Shown here one piece after another: positions 9,155 through 15,767 of a stretch of 34,371 nt of DNA; position 1 is the first letter of the stretch; every line of letters starts with the position of its first letter. A program made the position numbers and the translations under genes. Where the stretch lies: IMG/VR virus record IMGVR_UViG_3300045988_078968; one strand, written 5' to 3'. Origin of the DNA: a virus. The notes below the pieces were generated by a model that worked only from the letters and a program-made list of their open reading frames with translations, made no database searches and had not been told where the DNA came from.

Positions 9155-10195
9155 ATGGACCTATGGATTTATTCAGAGGATTTCACAGCCCTGGGCATCG
9201 TGGACACGGCCACCAGCATTATATGGGCCAACCGCTTCCGGCAATGCGGAGACTTTGAGATTTATATTTCCGCCTCCGCTGCCATGCTGGACCTGCTGAA
9301 AGAGGACCGGCTGGTTATTCGACCGGACGACGAAATGGTGGGAATCATTGAACAGGTGAAGACCGGCACGGATACAGAGGACGGTGATTATATCATTGCC
9401 TCTGGCCGCTGTGCCAGAAGCCTGTTTGACCGCCGGATCATCTGGGACCAGACAGAAATCAATGGCACCGTGGAAAACGGCCTGCGAACGCTGATCACAG
9501 ACGCCTTTATTTCCCCGGCTATTGCCGCCAGGAAGTATGACCGCCTGACTCTGGCGGAGGCCCACGGATTTACGGAAACTATGCAGACCCAATACACGGG
9601 GGACAACGTGCTGGAAGCCGTGGAAAACCTCTGTGCTGCGAATAACTACGGTTTTAAGGTCATCCGGCAAGGTACCAAGTTTGTGGCGGATTTCTACAAG
9701 GGTACAGACCGGACCGCAGGGCAGGCGGTAAACCCCCGGGTGATATTCTCCGAGGCCTACCAGAATTTGCAGTCTACCGAGTACACGCTGAATAAAAAGG
9801 ATTACAAATCCGTGGCCCTGGTGGCGGGCGAGGGCGAGGGCGCAGCCCGCCGCCGGACCGTCGTGGGCCGCAGCGTGGACCAGAGCGGCCTGCACCGGCG
9901 GGAAATGTTCGTGGATGCCCGGGATATATCCAGCAACGAGGGTGAGATCACCGACGATGACTATATTGCCCAGCTGGCAGAGCGAGGCACCCAGTACCTG
10001 AGCGAGGCCCCAATTGTCAAGAGCATGGAGGGCAGCATTGAACCGAACATGATGTACAAGTACAAAGAGGATTATTTCCTGGGCGACCTGGTAACCGTCA
10101 TCAATAAGCACGGAATTCAGGCGGACACCCAGGTGCTGGAAATCGTGGAAACATGGGATTCTGACGGCTACACCGTCACCCCGACATTCGGCTAG
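9155..10195 (+). CDS. Tail tip protein, Gp37-like (Tal position)
   Basis: 346 aa after Dit. The N-terminus MDLWIYSEDFTALGIVD...WANRFRQCGDFEIY resembles the siphovirus Gp37-like family. Confidence 0.55.
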   Translation: MDLWIYSEDFTALGIVDTATSIIWANRFRQCGDFEIYISASAAMLDLLKEDRLVIRPDDEMVGIIEQVKTGTDTEDGDYIIASGRCARSLFDRRIIWDQTEINGTVENGLRTLITDAFISPAIAARKYDRLTLAEAHGFTETMQTQYTGDNVLEAVENLCAANNYGFKVIRQGTKFVADFYKGTDRTAGQAVNPRVIFSEAYQNLQSTEYTLNKKDYKSVALVAGEGEGAARRRTVVGRSVDQSGLHRREMFVDARDISSNEGEITDDDYIAQLAERGTQYLSEAPIVKSMEGSIEPNMMYKYKEDYFLGDLVTVINKHGIQADTQVLEIVETWDSDGYTVTPTFG

Positions 10196-10210
10196 AAAGG
10201 AGGATAAAAC

Positions 10211-11182
10211 GTGGCTATTTCATATGGATTCTACAACTCCGTGGACGGCGACCGGAAATATACAGCTGCCCAGATAGGCGACTACCTGCAGGGATTGGTA
10301 TCCAGCGGTGTATATGCTGATGATGCCAGCAGCCTGCAGGTACTGGCAGCCGGTGGAATGCAGCTGACCGTGAAGCCGGGCCGGGCTATGCTGAACTACA
10401 AATTTTTGTATAACGACAGCCCCCTGACGCTGACCCTGGATTCCGGTGGCGCACAGGACCGGGTGGATGCGGTCATTGCATACATGGACCTGACGGAGCG
10501 GGCCTGTGGGATCACCATCAAAAAGGGCACCCAGGGAGCTGACCCAAAAGCCCCGGCGCTGGTACGCAACGCCACCAGGAAAGAATACATGATCGCATCC
10601 GTGCTGGTGCGCCGCCTGGCCACCCAAATCACCCAGGTAAATATCACCGACACCAGAGGGGACCAGACTGTATGCGGCTGGGTCACCAGCCTGATTGACC
10701 AGGTGCCCACTGGCACGCTGCTGCTGCAGTATCAGCAGGCTTGCGCCGCTGAGCTGGCCGCCATGGAGGCCTATATGGCCCAGCAGCAGGCGGAATGGGA
10801 TGCGTGGTTCTCTACCCTGACCGAGCAGCTGACCATTAACGGCTTTATTCAGGAGTACACCAACGCCGTGACCCTGACAGCGGCGGCTAGCACCATTCCC
10901 GTCAGCATTGCCGACTATGTGCCCCAGGAGGATATCCTGTGGGTCAACGTCGGGGGCATTGTCTGGCAGAAATCCGGCTATACCGTCACCGGAACCGGAG
11001 ACAGCGCCACCGTAACGCTGAACCAGCAGCTCAAGGCGGGCGACGTTGTGGAGTTCAGGGTGCATAAATTCCGGGTAGGCTCTGCGAATCTGGTTGGCGG
11101 TGCGAAGCTGCTGGCCGTTGATGACAAGGGCACTGTCCTGACCGATGGAATTAACGCTATCTATACCATTATCGACACGTGA
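10211..11182 (+). CDS. Tail fibre / baseplate structural protein
   Basis: GTG start 8 nt after AAAGGAGG. The N-terminus YGFYNSVDGDRKYTAAQIGDY is a pattern recurrent in Firmicutes phage fibre proteins. Confidence 0.55.
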   Translation: MAISYGFYNSVDGDRKYTAAQIGDYLQGLVSSGVYADDASSLQVLAAGGMQLTVKPGRAMLNYKFLYNDSPLTLTLDSGGAQDRVDAVIAYMDLTERACGITIKKGTQGADPKAPALVRNATRKEYMIASVLVRRLATQITQVNITDTRGDQTVCGWVTSLIDQVPTGTLLLQYQQACAAELAAMEAYMAQQQAEWDAWFSTLTEQLTINGFIQEYTNAVTLTAAASTIPVSIADYVPQEDILWVNVGGIVWQKSGYTVTGTGDSATVTLNQQLKAGDVVEFRVHKFRVGSANLVGGAKLLAVDDKGTVLTDGINAIYTIIDT

Positions 11183-11195
11183 AAAGGATGATTTT

Positions 11196-11675
11196 ATGGA
11201 TTTTGTAAATGGAAAAGACCTTGCACTGTGCGGCGGGCTGAATACCTCCTGCACCGTGCTGATCCTGCACGACGGTGTATTCCAGCAGATGCAGATGCAG
11301 GACGTCCTGAATTATCTGGCCGGTGCACAGGTAACCACAGACACGACACTGCGCCAGGAGGGCATGGCAGCCGATTCCGCTGCTGTCCGGGAATATGTGG
11401 ATGGGAAATGGACGCCTGTCACGGTCTCCCTGACCGTTGCGGGATGGTCCAACAACCAGCAGACCGTCACAGTGGCAAACGTGACAGCGGATTCTGCGGC
11501 TACGTCCGTCATTGTGGCCCCTGACCCTGCGGCTGACAATTACGCCGCCTACAACAATAGCGGGGTGCGCTGCACGGCCCAGGGCGCTGGTACATTGACA
11601 TTTTCCTGTGACAGTGTGCCCAGCACTGCGCTGACCGTGAACGTGCTTGTAAGGAGGGGCAGCTATGATCTTTAA
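11196..11675 (+). CDS. Tail fibre-associated structural protein
   Basis: ATG 11196 follows the upstream stop, whereas the longer ORF from 11145 would overlap it. It has a TDTTLRQEGMAADSAAV motif and a beta-rich C-terminus. Confidence 0.5.
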   Translation: MDFVNGKDLALCGGLNTSCTVLILHDGVFQQMQMQDVLNYLAGAQVTTDTTLRQEGMAADSAAVREYVDGKWTPVTVSLTVAGWSNNQQTVTVANVTADSAATSVIVAPDPAADNYAAYNNSGVRCTAQGAGTLTFSCDSVPSTALTVNVLVRRGSYDL

Positions 11676-12417
11676 CTTTTCGGGCGGCGGTGGCGGAGCT
11701 GGTCTGAATGTCGTCACTGGGCTTTCTGCCCCTGTGAATCCGAAGGAGAATACCGTATGGGTAGCATCCGACAAGGCCGGGAAGAAGTACGTGTTTTCGG
11801 AGACTGCACCGCAAAGCCCTGAAGACGGACTTATTTGGCTTGTATCCACGGCGGCGGGAATCATGGCATCGTGTAGGGTGTACGCTGATAGCACATGGGC
11901 CAGAGTGGATGCGAGCTTTTACACGGGCGGAGCTTGGAGGCAGTTTTCCTGGGCCAAACGATATCTCATCCAGGGCGGTGTGCCACAGGTAAGCTTTGTG
12001 GCAAACGGGGCACCGTACAAAAGTGGCATGCAATACAACACAGCCAAGGCCCCGACCATCGATGGGACGATTGACGGATATTATCAAATGTCGCTGTCGG
12101 CGCAGAACGCTAACGTTGCTGGACTGGTAGTTACGGATAAGCGAGTGTCGTTATCCGATTTTTCGACGCTGTCGTGCATCGCAAAACATGATGGCCTGGG
12201 GTATAAGGATATGGTTATGCTCAATACAAAAAAGCCGGAGTATACCATGGATGCAGCACTGGAAACGACATCCCCTACAAACGCTGAATCACAGATAGAT
12301 ATTCCCTTGGCCGATTACGGCGCAAATGCGGCGTTCATCGGGTTTGCAATCGCAATCGGTGCAGGGAATAACGAGTGGTTTGTGAATGTGTATGTTAAAG
12401 ATTTGTGGCTGGAATAG
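11665..12417 (+). CDS. Tail fibre / receptor-binding candidate, ending at TAG 12415-12417
   Basis: 250 aa overlapping the upstream gene by 11 nt (ATG 11665, upstream stop TAA 11673-11675), with a Gly-rich N-terminus. The region is visibly more A/T-rich than its neighbours. Confidence 0.55.
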   Translation: MIFNFSGGGGGAGLNVVTGLSAPVNPKENTVWVASDKAGKKYVFSETAPQSPEDGLIWLVSTAAGIMASCRVYADSTWARVDASFYTGGAWRQFSWAKRYLIQGGVPQVSFVANGAPYKSGMQYNTAKAPTIDGTIDGYYQMSLSAQNANVAGLVVTDKRVSLSDFSTLSCIAKHDGLGYKDMVMLNTKKPEYTMDAALETTSPTNAESQIDIPLADYGANAAFIGFAIAIGAGNNEWFVNVYVKDLWLE

Positions 12418-12672
12418 AAGGCAGCAGACGGTATTACGGCTGTTGAAACTGATTTTTTTGATGGCAAGTGCGCCGCCTATATCGAGGGATACCGTTTTGT
12501 TCCCGAAGGCTCTACTTGGGTGCGGGAGGACGGAACGGTATTTTCCGGTGAAATGGTCACCCCGTGGAAGCCATGGGAGGAGCTGGACGCCGTGCAGAGG
12601 GAATATGAGCGGGAGCAATACAACGATTTGATTACAAGATTATCGGAGGTATATGAAGATGCTGCGACCTAA
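12418..12672 (+). other. 84-codon coding-like frame with no start codon, in frame with and directly after TAG 12415-12417
   Basis: The translation KAADGITAVETDFFDGKCAAYIEGYRFVPEGSTWVREDGTVFSGEMVTPWKPWEELDAVQREYEREQYNDLITRLSEVYEDAAT looks protein-like. There is no in-frame ATG, GTG or TTG before codon 35. Confidence 0.4.
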
Positions 12673-13003
12673 TGAAATCGTTGAGAAAGCCAAGGCAGAC
12701 CGGACAACCTGCAGGATTGTAGCCGCTGCCGGGATCACCGTCAAACCGGAGCCGGAAGTACCGCCCAACCGGCCCGGGTATACCTGGATTCCCTACCAGG
12801 CGAAAGCCCGGGGGCCGATAACATGGGTAGAAAGCGAGTACGACGCAACCATGCCAGGCACCACGGAAAACCCCATTCCTTACAAGCTGGGGCTGGAAGT
12901 GTACTCCAATTATTTTTATGTGCTGGACGGCGTGAAAAAGGTATGGACCGGCGACCAGGGCCCCGCCCCAGAGTGGGAGGACGACCGTTTCACTGAAATC
13001 TAA
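12659..13003 (+). CDS. Hypothetical protein between the fibre and lysis modules
   Basis: GGAGG at 12645-12649 is 9 nt from ATG 12659; the alternative ATG 12653 is only 3 nt from it. The product is Pro/Trp-rich. Confidence 0.55.
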   Translation: MLRPNEIVEKAKADRTTCRIVAAAGITVKPEPEVPPNRPGYTWIPYQAKARGPITWVESEYDATMPGTTENPIPYKLGLEVYSNYFYVLDGVKKVWTGDQGPAPEWEDDRFTEI

Positions 13004-13025
13004 CTACAGGACGGAGCTGAGCATT

Positions 13026-13850
13026 ATGGCAGTTAAAACGTATCAAAAAGCGAATCGCATTCAGCTGACGGAACATTTTAACTCCCGGGAATTCCGCTGC
13101 GGCTTGGGCAGGCCCAGCAATTGCACCACAACCCTGATTGACAGCGACCTGGTGGCGGGCCTGGAAAAGATACATAAGCGCTGCCGGGAACTCCGGGGCG
13201 GGAATGTGACCATCACCATCACCAGCGGCTACCGCTGCCCGGAATATAACCGGAGCGTGGGCGGGGCCGTCGGCTCCTACCACAGCCGTGGCATGGCTGC
13301 GGACATCGTGGTGGGGGGATTCAAGCCCCGAGAGATTGCAGGCATTGCCGAAAGCCTGGGCTTTAAGGGTATCGGCCTGTATGAGACAGACAAGGACGGT
13401 CATTTTGTCCATGTGGACACCCGGACCTATAAATCTTTCTGGTACGGCCAGGCCCAGGCCCCACGCTCCACCTTTGGCGGAATCTCTGCCGTTTCACCTG
13501 CAAGTCCAGGCACGTCTACCACGACCGGCAGCGGCTACACCCTGCGCCAGTTTATCAAGGATGTGCAGCAGGTCTGTGGGGCCGCCGTGGACGGCGTGGC
13601 AGGCCCTGACACTTTGGCCCATACCGTCACCATATCCGCAAGCAAAAACATTTCCCATCCCGTCGTCCTGGCCGTCCAGAAACGGCTTGCCGCCTTGGGC
13701 TATTCCCAGGTAGGCACCACCGACGGCGTGGCGGGCAGCAAGTTCACCGCCGCCCTGAAAGCTTTCCAGGCGAAAGCCGGATGCAGGTACCAGGACGGGG
13801 AAGCCACCAAGGGGGCAGAGACCTGGCGCAAGCTGCTGGGTATGTCCTAG
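13026..13850 (+). CDS. Endolysin: peptidase M15-like domain plus C-terminal peptidoglycan-binding repeats
   Basis: The N-terminal half has Zn-peptidase-like motifs (SGYRCPEYN...SYHSRGMAADI...HVD). The C-terminal half resembles PG_binding_1 (VDGVAGPDT... and TDGVAGSKF...). Confidence 0.8.
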   Translation: MAVKTYQKANRIQLTEHFNSREFRCGLGRPSNCTTTLIDSDLVAGLEKIHKRCRELRGGNVTITITSGYRCPEYNRSVGGAVGSYHSRGMAADIVVGGFKPREIAGIAESLGFKGIGLYETDKDGHFVHVDTRTYKSFWYGQAQAPRSTFGGISAVSPASPGTSTTTGSGYTLRQFIKDVQQVCGAAVDGVAGPDTLAHTVTISASKNISHPVVLAVQKRLAALGYSQVGTTDGVAGSKFTAALKAFQAKAGCRYQDGEATKGAETWRKLLGMS

Positions 13851-13868
13851 GGAAAGGGGGTGGTAGAA

Positions 13869-14210
13869 ATGGAGAGCGTCACCCTCCCGGCAATCTGGGC
13901 CGTCATAGCTTGGATCGCTGCGGCCATTGTCCTGCTGGCTAACGCCGCCGACAAAATCGCCGCAGTCATCAAGAACGCCAAGGCACCCAACGCCCAGCAG
14001 AATGACCGGCTGGATGCTTTGGAGGAGGAAATGAAGCAGGTTCAGCAATACCTGGCCAACGACAAAAAGCACTTGGATTCCCTGGACGATGGGAACCGGA
14101 TCACCCAGCGGGCCCTGCTGGCCCTGCTGTCTCACGGTCTGGATGGAAACAGCATTGAACAGATGGAGGCCGCCAAGGCCGCCCTGGAAGAACACCTGAT
14201 CAACCGATAA
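13869..14210 (+). CDS. XhlA-like membrane and coiled-coil lysis accessory protein
   Basis: It has an N-terminal TM helix (LPAIWAVIAWIAAAIVLLA) followed by a coiled coil, and lies between the endolysin and holin. GTG 13860 is an alternative start. Confidence 0.5.
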   Translation: MESVTLPAIWAVIAWIAAAIVLLANAADKIAAVIKNAKAPNAQQNDRLDALEEEMKQVQQYLANDKKHLDSLDDGNRITQRALLALLSHGLDGNSIEQMEAAKAALEEHLINR

Positions 14211-14226
14211 CGGAAAGGAGCAAACC

Positions 14227-14616
14227 ATGGAAATCATCAAGACTATTATCAACACTTACGGCACCGAGATTCTGGGTGCCCTGCTCACCGCTCTGGCCGG
14301 TGTGCTTGGCATGGCCCTGAAACGTCTGGCCACCCAGTACGTCAACACCGAAACCAAGCAGGCCATTGCCCGCACCGTCGTGCAGGGCGTGGAGCAGGTC
14401 TATAAGGACCTGCACGGCCAGGAGAAGCTGGACAAGGCCATGGAGGCAGCAGCGGCCATGCTGAAAGAAAACGGCATTACGGTCACAGACTTGGAGCTGC
14501 GTATGCTGTTGGAATCCGCTCTGGCAGAATTTAACCGTGTATTTGATTCCACCAAGCTGACCCAGAAAGCCCAGCAGGAACGCCTGGACGCCCTGGACAA
14601 AGCCGCCGCAGAATAA
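14227..14616 (+). CDS. Holin, LL-H-like family
   Basis: 129 aa with an N-terminal TM helix (ILGALLTALAGVLGMAL) and a helical tail, preceded by GAAAGGAG, in the lysis module. Confidence 0.6.
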   Translation: MEIIKTIINTYGTEILGALLTALAGVLGMALKRLATQYVNTETKQAIARTVVQGVEQVYKDLHGQEKLDKAMEAAAAMLKENGITVTDLELRMLLESALAEFNRVFDSTKLTQKAQQERLDALDKAAAE

Positions 14617-14631
14617 CCCAATACATAGCAA

Positions 14632-14670
14632 GCCCCGGCCCTCTACACGGAGAGCCGGGGCGTTTCTTTT
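14632..14670 (+). terminator. Rho-independent terminator ending the late operon
   Basis: gccccggc (14632-14639) pairs with gccggggc (14654-14661) and is followed by gtttctttt. Confidence 0.75.
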
Positions 14671-14701
14671 GAAAAAAGTTGGAAAATTCTGAAAATAGTT
14701 C

Positions 14702-14730
14702 TTGACAATATGCCATATATGGCATATAAT
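14702..14730 (+). promoter_or_regulatory. Perfect consensus sigma-A/sigma-70 promoter with a palindromic operator in the spacer
   Basis: TTGACA (14702-14707), a 17-nt spacer, then TATAAT (14725-14730). The spacer contains the perfect 14-bp palindrome tgccatatatggca (14711-14724). Confidence 0.8.
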
Positions 14731-14735
14731 AAGGA

Positions 14736-14932
14736 TGTCAGGAGGGGGAACGGAAGGAGCCCCGAAAGTGAAGATAGAAATCAAAATCACCGTAACAATA
14801 ACCCCAACAAAAGAGAAAAGCCCCGCACCTAAGAAACCCCAGGCACAGAGCAATTCCCAAAAAACCAATATCATAATACACAACAACTAAACAAAAGTCA
14901 AGCCCCCCTCCTGACAAACTTTCGGGGCTCCT
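14736..14932 (+). ncRNA. Structured leader or ncRNA candidate: two long-range perfect complementarities around an A/C-rich core
   Basis: 14736-14748 is the reverse complement of 14904-14916 (13 bp), and 14755-14769 of 14918-14932 (15 bp). The order is crossing (A, B, A', B'). Confidence 0.4.
14768..14890 (+). CDS. Possible 40-aa peptide (VKIEIKITVTITPTKEKSPAPKKPQAQSNSQKTNIIIHNN); may be non-coding
   Basis: AAGGAG 8 nt upstream of GTG 14768. However, third codon positions are A-rich, unlike the rest of the genome. Confidence 0.2.
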   Translation: MKIEIKITVTITPTKEKSPAPKKPQAQSNSQKTNIIIHNN

Positions 14933-14953
14933 GCATAAAGAAAGGAAATCACT

Positions 14954-15310
14954 ATGGCAAGTCTAAGACAAGCAGCGCAGAACGTACTGGGCGCTGCACG
15001 AGATGGTATCCTCTGGTTCGCCGTCTGGAAAGATGGCCGTGGATGGTGCAGCAGTGAATTTTATGGAATCGACTACGACGAACGCACAAGCACCGCAAAA
15101 ATTGGGGACCAGGAAGACCTGGACGAACTGAAAGAAATCCTGTCCACAGACCCCAATGCAATTATGGTAAACAGCTATTATCACAATCTGGGAGCCTTTG
15201 ACGGATACCCACTCACACGGGATGATCTGGCCACTTTTATCCGTTGGCAGTATGAGCTTCAAAGCGCCAACCTGAAAGACTTTTTAGAAAAATCTGTGCT
15301 AGTTGCATAA
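14954..15310 (+). CDS. Hypothetical acidic protein (moron-like, between the lysis and integration modules)
   Basis: 118 aa ORF preceded by AAAGGA. No family was recognised. Confidence 0.6.
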   Translation: MASLRQAAQNVLGAARDGILWFAVWKDGRGWCSSEFYGIDYDERTSTAKIGDQEDLDELKEILSTDPNAIMVNSYYHNLGAFDGYPLTRDDLATFIRWQYELQSANLKDFLEKSVLVA

Positions 15311-15327
15311 TCATCAGCATCTGATGA
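15311..15327. promoter_or_regulatory. 17-bp palindrome TCATCAGCATCTGATGA (copy 1 of 2)
   Basis: Inverted 7-bp arms directly upstream of the small HTH gene. It matches 29046-29062 at 16 of 17 positions. Confidence 0.6.
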
Positions 15328-15381
15328 ACCACAGATCGCAGGCCCGAATATGGACACATTGCACAAAAAGGAGAAATGAAC

Positions 15382-15564
15382 ATGGGAGACAAATTGAAAG
15401 CCGCCCGGCAGGCGGCAGGCATGACCCAGGGACAGCTTGCCGCCGCCATTGGCTGCACCCAGCGGGATATAAGCAGGTGGGAATCCTGCAAAGTGGAGCC
15501 CGGCGTGCTGACTGTCAAGAAGATGGCCCAGGCATTGGGCTGTAGCATGGACGACCTTGTATAG
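15382..15564 (+). CDS. Small XRE-family HTH protein (60 aa)
   Basis: AAGGAG 8 nt upstream of ATG 15382. The HTH signature is MTQGQLAAAIGCTQRDISRWE. Confidence 0.8.
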   Translation: MGDKLKAARQAAGMTQGQLAAAIGCTQRDISRWESCKVEPGVLTVKKMAQALGCSMDDLV

Positions 15565-15599
15565 ACCATTTTCGTGACCTCACGAAAATGATGCAGACG

Positions 15600-15634
15600 A
15601 AAGAGGGGCACCCAGCCGGGTGCCCCTCTTTTTG
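15600..15634 (+). terminator. Rho-independent terminator
   Basis: 13-bp perfect stem, aagaggggcaccc (15601-15613) with gggtgcccctctt (15618-15630), followed by a T run. It is preceded by a second palindrome at 15567-15590. Confidence 0.85.
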
Positions 15635-15638
15635 CGCC

Positions 15639-15667
15639 TTGACGCTGCTGCATCCAGGCGCTATAAT
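15639..15667 (+). promoter_or_regulatory. Near-consensus promoter facing attP and the 3' end of the integrase gene
   Basis: TTGACG (15639-15644), a 17-nt spacer, then TATAAT (15662-15667). No credible + strand ORF lies downstream. Confidence 0.6.
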
Positions 15668-15699
15668 GACCGCAAAAGCAGGCCCTGTAACGGCTCTTG

Positions 15700-15755
15700 G
15701 CATATGTACATGATGGGTAGGTGTGTGAACCTACATACCCATGGTGTACATATGC
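15700..15755. other. Candidate attP: 56-bp imperfect dyad next to the serine integrase gene
   Basis: 21 of 28 positions are complementary across the centre near 15727/15728. The outer 11 bp are perfect (gcatatgtaca/tgtacatatgc). Confidence 0.45.
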
Positions 15756-15767
15756 GGCATGAGAAAA

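Noticed and set aside
12386-12631. Track ORF of 81 aa after the tail fibre gene
   Set aside because: The translation is Arg/Trp/Cys-rich and not protein-like, there is no RBS, and it overlaps the end of the fibre gene. The other frame (12418-12672) looks coding.
10211-12672. Possibility of a diversity-generating retroelement acting on the tail fibre genes
   Set aside because: No reverse transcriptase gene and no template/variable repeat pair were seen in the window.
14702-14890. Track ORF of 62 aa starting at 14702
   Set aside because: Its start codon lies inside the -35/-10 promoter elements. Only the shorter GTG-initiated 40-aa version downstream of the predicted transcription start is conceivable, and even that is doubtful.
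14736-14932. Retron-like msr/msd or type III toxin-antitoxin RNA
   Set aside because: There is no reverse transcriptase or ToxN-like gene nearby and no tandem RNA repeats. The crossing complementarity does not match the retron a1/a2 arrangement.
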